Shown here in pieces: positions 37,601 through 50,900 of a stretch of DNA of 64,000 nt; within the stretch, counting starts at the first letter, position 1; the number at the start of each line of letters is the position of its first letter. The notes under the pieces were generated by a model. That model worked only from the letters and a program-made list of their open reading frames with translations. It did not search any database and was not told the DNA's origin. Origin of the DNA: Catajapyx aquilonaris. Lineage: Eukaryota. The translations under genes were made by a program, and so were the position numbers. The stretch lies in assembly GCA_000934665.2 (NCBI GenBank), contig KZ538133.1:1-64000 (forward strand), given 5' to 3'.

Positions 37601-38598
37601 TTGAAAGCTACCAACATTGTTGCAGTGTTTGAAGTGACTGGTTGAAGTCGAATTATGTCACATCCTGTATCAGCCACCACCATGGAAAAAAAATCTTCCC
37701 GAATGTTTCAAGTGTCAAGTGTGAGCGAATAATTGTCAATGTAAGTGTGTGTGTAAGTGTACCTGCATATTTGTGTACGTCTGAGTGGCCTTGATTTGTG
37801 TCCTTTTATGTGCCTCTTAACAGACAACCTTTTTCTAACCGCCTTTTTTCCTACCTAGCTCCCTCTACTCAGAACAAGTTATATAGTAAAGCAGTATTAA
37901 AAAAATACTCGAGTGTAACAATAGACGAATGCGGGACACGTCAAATGTACGTGTAAATATCTTCAGTGAGCATTAAACACATATTTAGTTACAGGTGTGT
38001 TTTTATTTTGTGATGCATTGTAGCGTTTCAATTATTGCTGAGATTGACAACTCACCAGTGACATCTCGATGTTGTTCAGCTGACCAATGGCAGAGCTCTG
38101 AAACTTCAAGTGTATAAAAATTATTGCTTCAAACATAACTGTACAATACCAACCGAACATGACGCAATCTCTAGTCGAACGTACACCGAAACAGGAACTT
38201 GGATTCTTCAAAATGGAAAAAAATGGACGAAACAGCGAACATGACCATATCCACAAATGACATTTATTGACGACATGCTACGTACGTCATAGAGTACGGT
38301 ACAAGTACAGTACGGTAGAAAAAGGAGGGAAGTGACTAGAACACAACCTGATCGATGAGGGACTATGACAGAGTATATTATAGGCAGTATACACACACAC
38401 AGTCACACGTCATACGTCACACGTCACGCCACCATCTTGATTCAATTATTGCTATGGAAACGAGGACGGGCATCACCTCACTTGTACAGATACGTACTTT
38501 TTTTTTTTTGAAATGGCAAGACCCACGACGACACCATGCACTCACGCTACTGACTTATGTACAGGTACGCACACACTCAACACTGTTTAAGTTCGCGG

Positions 38599-41500
38599 CT
38601 ACAAGAGTCCTTCGGTTGGCGACATCAGTTCTGGACACAGCTGAAAGACACAAGAGTGTATCACTTCTTCGTTGGTTTGCTTATCGGTACAGGTACTAAC
38701 TTGTGGAAAGACAAAGTGCGGCTGAGGTGTGGCGCCTCCGACGTTGGAGGCGTCGCTGTCTTCCACAGGTACGTCTCTGCTGGCGACGTCAGTCTCCACT
38801 GGACAAGGCGATCCACTGACGTAGCCAGGGGAAGGGGACTCGACGCTGGACGGTACCGCGCTTTCGACGCCACCGTCAACGTCGCCGACAATGTCCGCAG
38901 GAGTGTCGGTGGTTGGGTCGGGAGTCGGTGGCGCAGGTTCGATCGGTACCGGTACCTGCGGCACTGTCGCAGGCGCCTGCTGCGAGACCCCTCTGCCAAT
39001 CAGCTGCGCTGGCGTGGAGGGGCGGACGGAAGAGTTGGTATCAGGACACCGTCACTGCAGGTGTACAGGGCGCGTCAACAAATCATTCGACTCACCTTGA
39101 GATCCGAATCCACCTTCCTGTACTCGTTTCCTGACCTGGGCCTCAGGTTGGTCGTGGTACATCTTGACCCTTGGTCAGGCGTCGCGTCTGATGAGGACAG
39201 CGACGACAACGACAGGGTCTCTATGTAATCGGACAGGTCTGAAGTTCCGCTGCTGGTGGATCGAGCGTCGTTGGCCACCCCTACCACTGCCGGGGCTGAC
39301 AACGACGCTGATGTCGAAGCCGAAGCCGCTGCTGATGACGATGATGACGACACTTGAGGCCCAATGCCGTCTTCAACTCGAGGTTCCGCTTCTTTAGGTG
39401 GGCATCTCAGCGGCCTAAGAACAAATGGGGTTAATTACAAACCGCCACGGAAGATCTGCCGAATGAGCATAACATCCGTACCTGCTGACAATAACTTCTG
39501 GCTCAACCTGTGCTTCCTCAACTGGATCCGAATCGGCAGTAACGTCGTCAACCCCGCTGGGCCCCGCTGTCGACGCCGTGATGGTGAGAGTGGACGCCAC
39601 TGCCGCGACGCCCAGTCCCTCCGACCTGGGTGACCCAGTCCAGACTCCGGAGTCGCTGGAGCCTCCAGAGTCCCTCTTGGCCCCTGCCTGGCACGGCACG
39701 CTGGATGACCTCCTCTTGCCGCTGGTCAGAGTGGCCACGATCCGCCTGGGTGGCAGGGGCGGTGTGTCCGACGGAGACGGTGACGTGCGTTGCGCATCGG
39801 CCGAACTCGACCTGTGACGCACAGTCCTGGGTGCCATGGCTAAGTAGTCGGCCTCGTTCGGTTCCGTGTTTCCAGGACGCATCACCAGGTACTCCCCCTG
39901 TGTCTTGGTCGGCGTCGTCGCCTGTGCCGACGCCTGTGCCGCGGTTGCAGAGGGACTGCTCAGCGAGTGTCCACAGTGTTGGCACTGAGATCTCCGGAGC
40001 GGTTGCACGTTCTGGTAGTGTTCTAGAGACTCGGCAAACTCGGCGTTGGCGTACACTGCACCGACGCTGCATGTCGACGCTCTGGACGGTGGGGGTGGCG
40101 CACAAGGCGGTGCAGGTCGACGGTGCTGCAGCAGCCGCTGTCGCAAAGACGGAGGTGTGTCGTAGTTGGCCATCAGGTTCAGCTGGTCTCGCACAGCCAA
40201 TTGCACGTCGGACAACGCGGCGTCGACCAGCGGACGAGGCGACGCATAGTAGTCGCTGCCTGCACTCCCACCGCTGTCCGACGACGACGACGCTTGCGAC
40301 AGGCGGCACCAGGCTGCTCTCGGCTCCTCCAGCTGGTCCTTGAGCAGTAGGTGGTGAGCTGCCCTGGGGACGTCGTAGTTGTCGTAGGGCGAGGCGTGCC
40401 TGTGACACATGCACGTCGGAAGCTGGTGGTCCCTGAACCTCCGACGACCCCTGGGGCTTTGAGACGGCGGGGATGGGGAGGACGACGACCCAGTGTGTTG
40501 CTGCTGCAGTTGATGATGGTGCTGCTGGTGGTGCTGATGGTGATGGTGGTGGTTCATGTGGTTGTGCCCGAAAGTTCGAGGCTGGTCGTAGGCAGCGGCA
40601 TCGGCCACAGCCTCCATGGTCCAAGAAGGGCTGAACACAGACGTGGAGGAGCAGGTAGAGGCTGAGGTCGGGGGCCGAGCAGGGGCGGGCACCGGGGTCG
40701 GAACAGGGGTGGGCCCGGGGGCAGGGGTTGAGGTCAGGAGGCGTCGGGACGGCGACAGCGTCTGGGTGCAAGGACAGGGGGCACCGGCTGGAGTCCACGG
40801 CCTCATCCCCACCGACTGGAGCTCCGACACCACGCTGCTGGTGCCCTCCGTGGACATCCCGTCGCAGCAGCTTCCCTCCATGTCCATCTGGAAGTATCGC
40901 ATACCCATCAGTGCCTGACTCCGGGTCTATCTTCCACTGTGTGACACAATCCTTACCCTTACCTGCGTCCAATCGGCCGATGCCCACAGCCTGTCATCCA
41001 GAGCCCTGAAGGCGTCCACGCAGGCCAGGTCGGAGGCGCAGGCGTCAGTCTTGGCAGGAAGGGGCTTCCTGGGCGAGTCCAACCCGCCATGCCTGCGGGT
41101 CACGGGCCTCCTGTTGGCAGGAACCTTTCCCTGAGAGGCCATTTGCAGAGCCGTGGCCACTTCCTGCCCTTGCTCGCACAGCAGCACGTGAAGACCTTCT
41201 CCTCGGCCACATCTAGAGCCTCCCTCGAAGCACAGCTTGCCCTCTACCAGCCCATACCGCCTGAAAACACACAGGTCATCAGTGCTCACCTGTCGTACAA
41301 TGTGTGATGTTACAACTCAAAATGTAATAAGCCCGACGCATTACGGGGCTGGCAGGTGCCTGTTCACTTATTGGCAAACACAGCGTCGCACACCCCCGTA
41401 GGCTTGTCCCCAGATATCGTCGGCTGAGCGAAATCCAGGTGTCGGGTTGGCGTCTGGAGTTATATGAATTACCTGAGGTGTGCGATTTGCCAGTGGCCGA

Positions 41501-43345
41501 GAAGCCTCGGGGGTACGCCGGCGCTGAGGCAAAACCGTCGATCCGTGACGTGAAGGCGGGCTGGTCCCGGGGAGATCTTGGCCCTTGGGGGAGCCCCTGC
41601 CACCTGCACCACAAACGAGGCCCCGTTGCCCAAGTGAGCCTGGATCTTCACCTGCCACTGCATCAGTCTTTCCCGGCTGTCGAAGGCCAGGACCACTGTC
41701 ACGTCCTGGCACAGGATTGCCATCGTGTGAGACTCCTTGTCCAGGGTGAAACCTGAAAATATTATCAACATTAATTTCAATACAGCATTATCCTGCGAGT
41801 AAGGCAGCCACTACAAATGTGGCATGCGGGTTGCCCTGAATAGCAAGGATAACCACTAATGGCCATCGTCTCTCCGGTTCTGTTCTCGGATTGCGCAGAA
41901 CAGGTTCATATTTCACTACATTCAAGAATAATTTTACTAGTTCAGTTACTTGGCCGTTATATACAACCTGCTTGGAAGTCGCGTTAGCGACAATTATTAT
42001 CTACGTAGAACTCTCGTGCAGCATGGCAACAAGTGGACAAATAATGCAGCAGGGGTTCCGCCTCTACAGAGTCAAGAGGCCAAAAGTGGTTCAGAAATAT
42101 AGCTTACAGCGTGTTCCAATTAAAGGGAGGGTTTCTGTTGGCAGTTTCATAGCACCACATTTATTTTAATGCAGTTACTTTACTATAGGCGTGTTTAAGA
42201 TGCAAGTGATGTATTAGCTTCCAGGATGGATGGAAGCATTTATTCAGGCCCTGAGTTGCAACCCAAGAGCGTAATTCTTCTCTGGGGACCCATTTCTATC
42301 CATTGGCACTTGAGGTCAGTGGTTGAGAGCAACATATTTTCTGCAGGCCAGACCCTCCTCCTGCTGGGCTTTAAAAAGACGCATCCAGCCAATAAGTTAA
42401 TATTTTGAAAGTTCATAAAAGCAACTGTTGGGACGCTAAGTGCGATAAAATTGCTCACTGAAACGGACACATTAGTTGGAGCCGACTGTACATTTCTCAG
42501 TGGTCTATTCTTCTCGAACGACTATGTTGCAATAACGCTGTTAAAAAGTCTTCGTTAACGAACCATGCCTGGTACGCCTAGCACCCGTGACGTAAATGGC
42601 TAATTAATAAAACATATGCTAATGATATTGTTACAGCTTATTAGAGATGAAATACACTATAAATTGATATTACTAACCAATATTGCAAAGGTCAACAGCA
42701 ACAGGTACTGTACAAACCATGCAACATCACACACTTTGTTGTGGGGGGTTTGTTAATACCGCTAAAAATATTGAAATACGTCAACTAGATCGTCCACATC
42801 AGAATTTCTCCAAATTTTGACCACCTTAACAGGGTGCAAGAGATCATGCGGCTAACTTTGGCCCCTAAACCCCCTAATCAAAAAGTCATTACCCAGTAAA
42901 ACTCCAATAAACCCTCTGAATTTTTGATCACTTCGCCCACCACATATTAGAGCCGTTCATAAGACCAAAACGCCTTGTGATCGGATCATTTCGATGGTAT
43001 GCTTAATAATTTTAAAAAAAAATTAAGATTAAACATTTTAGCCATTTTGAACTGGCTGACAGTTATTCCTTCGACGATTTGACGCCATCTATCCAATCCT
43101 TTGCGAGCGGAAACTACAAACCTGTCTCTTGGTCCCTGATCTTTCCTTCCACCAACTGCGCCCATCTCCCTTCCACATTACCTTACCAGCCCATCCCCAA
43201 TCCTTCAACTACCAACCATAATCCTGGGGAGTCCATCGCTCACCTGACTCGCTGGCCAAGAAGTGCTCGAGCGAGAGCGACGCCTTTGTCTGGCTCTGCT
43301 TGAATCGCTCCTTCCCATCTCGGTATAGCTGCAGGTGAAGGCAGT
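38599..43345 (-). CDS. DOK7: Dok-7-like docking protein (PH + IRS-type PTB + long Tyr-rich tail), 5' partial
   Basis: Exons 43345-43244, 41752-41473, 41260-40963, 40887-39482, 39414-39096, 39003-38701 and 38640-38599 (last two less certain). DCLHLQLYRDGKER...GFTLDKESHTMAILCQDVTVVLAFDSRERLMQW...GPARLHV...GHWQIAHLRRYGLVEGKLCFEGGSRCG parallels Dok-7 as I recall it (DCLLMLVYKD...GQWKLSDLRRYG...FEGGTRCG). Confidence 0.85.
41787..41900. repeat. Dispersed ~113-bp repeat, copy 1
   Basis: Shares CATTATCCTG, a 21-nt identical block CATGCGGGTTGCCCTGAATAG, and GTTCTG...TTGCGCAGAA with 46491-46603. Confidence 0.8.
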
Positions 43346-46300
43346 CTGTGAAGAGACACAAAACATCAGCGCTTATTGTTGTTGTGTCCCTTGCCTGAGC
43401 TTTTGCAGGCACTTTGCGGGGACAAATCCAGATCCATTTCTGGTGGGTGGGGGGTCGCTTTTCGAGCCCCGTCAAGCAAGCGCTTTTGGAATATTAATAA
43501 AAAGGGAGGTCCCCTTGGCGCTGCTCTTGATGCCTGGCTAGGAACAAAGTACGGCCATTTGCGTCCGCTCCGATGCAATGTCCAAGGGAGAAGAGAGAAG
43601 CGCCCCTGACAACGTTTCCCAAAACACAGCTCGGGAAGTATTGCTTTTCCGATGCAAACTACGTTCGGGAAAGGGGGGGGGGGAGGGGAACATCTCAGCC
43701 GCTAAGAGGATTATGCTCTACGCATACGGAGCTAATGGAGGAAATTGCGTGACAGGTATATGCGCAGGAGGTCTTGCCTTAAGAGGCCTGCAGGGACTTT
43801 TTATGGCCAAATTTATGCATGAGGGGACCTGGATTGCTGGGGTGGAAAAGTAAATAAATGCTTAGATGGGTCAAAATATCTGGCAGTTTATTGGAGAAGA
43901 TAGAGTGGATTTACTAGCAGAGAGTGAAAATCTTGCCCGTCGTTCTAATACATGTGCAAATGTTTCTGTAATATTTATATTTTAAAAAACCAGGTTCGAT
44001 GTACAAAAATCACATAGCTACCTAACTGGTGATGTAAAACAAGGTGTCCCTCCGTTAATATGAAGGGAAGATACGATTTTTAGGGTCGTAACAATTTCAT
44101 TAGTAGCAGAGTTGTCCGTGTCGTTTCTAATAGCTCATTTCTGCCGCTACTTTATTCCTGCCATGCATATAACACCGCGCACATTTTCCAGTCTCAGCCC
44201 TCATATTTCTTCTGTTTGGAAGCGCGGATGCGAAATGCTTAAAAAGCGCAAAAGGTTGATGTTTGAAGGCGCTTAATTTCCCTCCATTCGTGTGTCACGC
44301 TTCTCTTTATGCGGGGCCAGAATAACACATTAATTACCAGCACAGCAGTCGCGAAGGACGCTCTTTTGTCCCCTCATTTCTCATCGATTTTGTCATCTCC
44401 CATCCCAAGCCTCTTTCGCATCAGCACTTTTTTTTGTCCCTCTCCAGAAAAATGACATATATAAAAGGAAGGCATTACTGCTTCTGTTGCACTTTTTTTT
44501 TGTACTCGTAACTAACTCTATCCATGCGATTCCGCCTCATTAGTTGTTGCGCACTGTCAAATCTGGTACCTGCTGAAAATGTCGCCGAAATTCCTCCCTC
44601 AAACTAATAACAAATCATTTTCTCGAGGACAAAAGGACGTCAGGAACCCTATGTGCTACGGCACCTTCCTTTTCCCTCCAAAAAATATATATAAAAACAC
44701 AAACACAAAAGAGAGATTTATCTGTTGCCACTCGTGGGCAACTCGCTGTAAAAGCAATTTTGCGCAAGTTTTTTTTTTTTTTTTTTTTTTGGGGGGGGGG
44801 GTGGATAGAAAAGGCCAGTATCTCTTGTTTCTCTGTGGAATGTTCTCTCTTTCCTGCTCTCCCACCCTGTGCCTTCTCCCATGGGGGCATGCTGCCAGGA
44901 ATCGATGTCTGGCGAAATGAAGCAGACCCCAAGCAGGCCGGACGCCATTGCACAGGGAGTAGGCCTACAGCTTTCACGTGCGCCGCCAACGCCGGTCAAT
45001 TTCAATAATTGAATTATTCCGGACCGAAGAATGGGAGGAAGTTACAAGTGTCAGGTTCCCCTTGCCAGGGAACGAAGTAAAAAAAAAATAAAGTTTAGAT
45101 AGAACTGGGCGGGGGACTTGAAACAGCGGGGGTAGGTCCTAAGTTTCCGGGACCGGTTCGAGTTACAGATGCAGAGTAGGGTTCGTGACAAGATTTTTAT
45201 GCAATGGGAAACTTTTTTTTCTTTTTTTTTCTTTTGGAGAAGGCTCTTCACGCTGTTTGTTTAAGAGTAACGTGAGTTAACAATGGGATGGGAATGTTCG
45301 CATACAGGGTGGCACGTTTCATGCAAGTTTAACAATGGAGGGGGGAGAGAGTAAATTATTTACACGAACCGGTTTGCACAAAAGCAACAATTAGGACCAC
45401 ATTCATTTATGAACAGCCACGAGCAAAAATTTGTGGGTTGCTTGTGGCTGGAAAATCTCCAAACTTGTACTAGCATTTGTAATGTAAACACGGCCTATAG
45501 GCTATACAACCATTAAAATTATTTTAAAAAAACCACCTAGCGCAAAAGAATAAAAAATCAATGTTGCCTAGAGTAACGGTTGGTTGCACTTAACATATTT
45601 ATTACATAACCTAAGTATTCACGTATAGGCTCGTGGGCACCATCTTGTAACTTCTTAGTATGCCGCCAAAGGTGCTTCACTTTCTCAAGCTGCTTTGACC
45701 CCATTTGGCCATTGATCTGTGGTGCAGAGTAACAATGGCGTTGAAAACAAATATCGTCGACCTCAAGGATATTAGCGAGCAGCCATTAGTGGGCGGCGGC
45801 CCACAAATTGAAAAACCGCAGCAGCTCATCACACATCCAGTCAAATGCTCGACTCAACGCATTTACCACAATCTATTTCATCGCTCATGTTGTTACATGC
45901 ATAGTACAGATAAAGTAAGATGCAAATCAGGTGGGGGTGTTATGAATTCGTTGGACGGCCTCTAATACTGAGCTGACTTCCCCACAATGTACAGATAAGG
46001 TACAAAGGCTGTACAGTGCACAAGTACAGTACCGCGCTTAAAGAGCGCAACAGCGTAACTGATCAACATTGTGCTCTTGTCAGAACCATTCCAAATGAAG
46101 GCCCCCTTGAGCAGTATTTGTTAAAGGTATGTTCTGTGAATAAAGTTAGGATTCAAAACGGAGGGAAAAAGTTGCAAAGAGTCTGGGATATTATATAATG
46201 TTAAAACAGCTCCTCTCTCTTTTCCCCAGGAGACGTAGAGGTCTTCAAAAATGAAAGAAGTACGAGTTGAACAAGTAAATATTAATACTGCAGAGTAAAT

Positions 46301-46490
46301 CCAGCATGCCCAGAACAACTTTTTCATAGCCATGCGGATTACAGCATACAGGCGAAGGTCTTGTGATATTAAATATGTATCAGTTTACAACTCAATTATT
46401 ACGTAAGAAGTTTCTTGAGGGGGGAGGAGTGGGATACTCTAAGTTTTTAGTGAAGAGCCACTCAAAATAATATTGGTTGAAAATTAAAAT

Positions 46491-46603
46491 CATTATCCTG
46501 TGTGTTAGGCAACTACTGATATGTCATGCGGGTTGCCCTGAATAGTCAGGATTACTCCTGAATGTGAATCATCCACCCTGTTCTGATCTAACGTTGCGCA
46601 GAA
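46491..46603. repeat. Dispersed ~113-bp repeat, copy 2
   Basis: Same conserved blocks and same orientation as 41787-41900. Confidence 0.8.
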
Positions 46604-46977
46604 TGTATACTATTGCATATATTCTTTTTTTAAATGAGTCACTGGGTGCTAGTTCAAGTGCGAAAGCTCCGCCTCATAATAATTTACACAGTTGAAACAC
46701 TATCCGTGTAACTCAACCCATTCATTTCAAAGTTTCAAAATTCCTCCCCAACCTGAGATCTGCTTACACTAATGAGCACCCCAACTCCATCACACATCTG
46801 AAGATGTAAGCCGAATCCCACGCACCTCCTGTACCAGGTTCCCCCAGCAGACCCAAAATGCAAATTCTGGAAAATGCCAAGGGTCAGATTCTGAATAGCG
46901 GTGGGTCCCCGGGCAGACAGGCCGTGAGATGGGTTTGGTACTGTAGTTCCACAGTGCAGGTATACTATAGACCGAGC

Positions 46978-47052
46978 TGTGTGTGTGTGTGTGTGTGTTG
47001 TGCCGATGCGTAAGTGCATGCAGTGAATGAGGAGNNNNNNNGGGGGGGGGGG
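46978..47052. repeat. (GT)n microsatellite, short N gap and poly-G run
   Basis: TG repeats at ~46979-46998, N run at 47035-47041, then a G run. Confidence 0.9.
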
Positions 47053-47919
47053 TGCTGGTGAGTTGGGGCCCTTTCCACTCGTGGCTTTTGTGCGCTGCAA
47101 GAGTGGCCGCTCTCGACACGAGGACTCCGCTTCAAAGGGCCAAAAACGAACCAACTAAGGATGGGAGGTCTCGGGGGCAAAAGGCTAGCAGCCAGAGGAG
47201 ATCCTTCTTGCGGGCCAATTAGGTAAAAATTTGGCTCAAAAACAGGCAGTTTCGATATGTGTTTGGAGAGAAAAAAAAACAGGCGGGTGAGTAAACAGGG
47301 AGTTAGCTGTAGGGAGGATATCTGGTTTAATTAAAACATAATAAAGCATAATTTATAGTGGTACAGGCGTGTGTTTTGGTGGTTCCGTAGTAAATAACAT
47401 GGAGTTGATTTAAAATGACGGGGGTTATATAAAGTGCAACAGGGCACAAATAACATGATTAACAGAATAAAGCGGACAAGTGGTAATGTAAACAATACCG
47501 TATATTCGCATGTTAACAGCATCGGTTGCATCAAAGAGAGAATTAACATGCGGTATTTCGTTGTGCCCTTAACGTCAAATCGATCTGGTACATAAAAGGG
47601 GAAAATGGATTCACACCTGCGCAGGTAGATTTGGGGGTGGAGCCAGATTTCACGTTTTCGGTCACGTTCAACATGTTGGAAGCATGCTATACCGACCTTC
47701 AGCCTAAGGCGACAATGATGATTTATACTTAAATTATAATAATTAATTAACCAAGACAAAGCACCAATATTGATACAGTTCTGACAGCATGTATAATATG
47801 TATTGATTGGACAGAAAATTAATAATAATGAAATACAAGAGTTCAACAGTTTACAGTCATTTATACAACCCTACCACGCAATAATAAAAAGCTGTATAAT
47901 TTATGCGTCAACCTCTACC

Positions 47920-47920
<1 letters not shown>

Positions 47921-47976
<56 letters not shown>
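47921..47976. repeat. (TAA)n microsatellite
   Basis: About 18 perfect TAA units; explains the poly-Ile and poly-Tyr pseudo-ORFs. Confidence 0.97.
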
Positions 47977-50900
47977 GGGTTTACAATAAAACCGTGCATA
48001 AATGAGAGAGGCTACATTGTTCTTCCTGTCAGGACAATCAGTGAATATTGAACAACGAGTGTCAGCATTTATAACAGTGAACAACAGGAAAAAACTAGCA
48101 ACAATAGCTGTATGCGAGAGGAAAATAATGAATCCATGAAACATTCAGTGCAGGGAATTGAGCCCAATTGCGCCATATAGGAGGGCTAAAAAAAATGCGA
48201 ACTTAATGAGGAAAAACGAGTGGCTAATTGCAACGGGATTAATATCCCAGAGAGTTTGGTCAAACAATTTGTCCTCCATCGATTCCCACTCGACACTTGA
48301 CACGTCCGGGCTGAAAATTGTCAACTCGTGTCACTTGGTCCCCCCCCTTCCAACCTCCCACTTGTAACCCCTTGCACCCTACGAAGGGAGAGAACTAGAG
48401 AGTAGAAAAAAAAGTGAGGAAGAAGCTAGAAGGCGGACGTAATTGGCACATTCGCGAAGTCGATTATTGCAAATAATTAGATAAGATAACGAGGAGACGA
48501 GTCGGCGCTCCATTCCTAATTGGACTTAAATGCGCCAATTTCCTTTCTCCTCCCCCCAGTTTACAGAGAGCTCGATTGCGACAAAGAAGTCGAGTCAAGT
48601 GGACCAAAATGGCGTCTAATTTTATTTACTTGTCGATCTTGCAGCGTAATTATTTTGGGGGTGGCGACATGTACGCGGTCTTCCCTGGCTACGAACGCAA
48701 TGAAACGCGACAGGAATAATTTTATCAAATTTTAGCAAATTTTTGCCCAAATGTAGGATGAAGTAAAGTGCCAGGAGCACGAGCACCAACAAGTTCAGTG
48801 TAAAACCCAGGTAAAACCGTTTTTTTTCTGCCTCGATATTGTCCCCACAAAAGGGGTAACGTCTTGTGTAATGAAATTGGCATTAATTATGCAGAGCAAT
48901 ACTACCGCGCTGCTAATTAACCGTTTCCCTTGCATTTGTCTCTGCAGCATGTTTAAAAAGGTCGGTATGAAAGCAGCCAATTTTGGTAAGAAATCTGTCT
49001 TGAGGCATGCACTGTAATTGAAACAGTTTGAAAAGAGCTCTGTGAGATTGCCCTGGGGGTTTTTCCGCCTTTCATGGAAACCAGTAGACCAGTAAGTAAC
49101 GAGTAACGTTAGTTTCCGAACCCACCACCAGAGCTGCAACCGCAATTTCAAAATGGAAGCCGAGTATGAGTATATGGTTGGTAACTGTTAGGCCATAAGC
49201 AGCCTACTTAATCATTCACATAGAGTGGGGATATATGCAGAATAATTGTGTTTGTTATGAGAATGAAGGAAGTGGAGATGAACTTTGTACATGTAACCAT
49301 TCCCTTTCTGTCAAGCCAATGAACGGCGTTCATTTCCTCAGTACAGTAAACGGCCTCACAGTGAACGCATCCGACCGCAACATGCTTACAGTTTAGCCCT
49401 CCTGTACGCTGCTAATTGGCTGCAACTGTCTGGCCACTGTGTACCTCCGGTTAGTAAGTGGTATCCTCTACATCCTCTAGATTAGGAAGGTACTTGGTAC
49501 AACCAAATTACCCTAGCTTTTAAAGCAGGTCGTACTGAACAAATATCAGGCAAACTGCTGTTTGGGATAACAACATAATATGATAAAAATGCAGGATTTA
49601 CTCTTGATGAAACGAAAACATGAAAAGAGACCGTTATACCAACGTGCTATGCAGTACGTTACCCCTCCAAGTTATTTACGCTACGCAGCTCAAAATTGAT
49701 TCAAGATGGCGAGCTTTCATGCCAGGGTGCTGCATGGTACACTGCTTCAGGGAATTTTGATTAACATTGTGTACAGGCATGGCACTGATTTATATAACAA
49801 AAGTTAAGACTAGTGTACAGTAGGCGATAACAAACACGCATTATTAAACAATTTGCAACACTACTAGTTCAAGCCACATTCAGTACTGCATAATTAACAG
49901 CAGATTAATTATTGAGGCCTAATTTCGTGAGAGCGTATGCCGATTACGTTCAAAATTTCCCCAGAAAAACACTGGGTGATATTACGTACAAAGCATAATT
50001 TATGCCCATGTTTAATCCTCCTTCTTGCCCTTTTCTAATGACGATGCTCTGAATAATTAATCCAGTGCACTGGCTGTAAACTGTAACTAAGCTGTTTGCG
50101 CGGACTGGAAGCCCAAGTTGCAAGTTTGCGAGAAAAATGCTCTTGCATGTTGTTTTTTTTTGCGACCCAAAAACCATCACAACGTAAAGGAAACTCTCAC
50201 ATGCATAAAAAATTCCCCTTTTTAAAAAACAGCACGAAATTCCTCTTTCCACGAATTAATACGCTACGCTCTCCGAACAAAACCTACACCTCTAAATGTA
50301 CTTTTCCATGCATAAATACATGCCTAATAAGGATACTGCAAAAAAAGTAGGATTTGCAATGAAATTACTCATACGAATTTAAGTACGTGAAATTGAGCAT
50401 TTGCACCCTCTCACACATATGGGTGCTCATACCTTTTTAAAAAAAGTGCGACGAAACTCAGCTGTGTATATGGTTCACACGTAAGATGCACCTCTAGAGT
50501 AAATTGAAGCAAATTGAAGCACGTTTTGGAAGGAGATGAGTGTAAGTTTCGTTGGAGCCGAAAATTGCCTTGCAGAGAAGGTAAAGTTTGCCGGTTGCAT
50601 AAGTCATGCGCTGGCTACAACTTGCCAGTGTTTGCGCACTGAATGTTGCATTTCCAGTCCACACACTACGCCCGCCTTTCCAACTCCCAATGGGCACCGG
50701 GCTATGGCCCCCAAAATTAGCCAGCAGTCTTCAACTAAGCAGGGCCATGTATTTTAGAGAGAGGCCAAATCCTACCTGCTGCTAAAGCCGGTTGCAATAT
50801 GTGCCGATGTACACAAATTGGGCTCAGAGTTGGGCAAATATCGACTCTAAACAGCTATAGGTATCAGGTTGATGTAGTATCACCCACTACTGACATTTCC

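Noticed and set aside
39548..40987. 479-aa overlapping minus-strand ORF and several long plus-strand ORFs over the Dok-7 tail exon
   Set aside because: Shadow frames of a GC-rich coding exon; no domain motifs, and the splice phase supports the other frame.
47803..48144. Poly-Ile and poly-Tyr ORFs
   Set aside because: Translation of the (TAA)n microsatellite.
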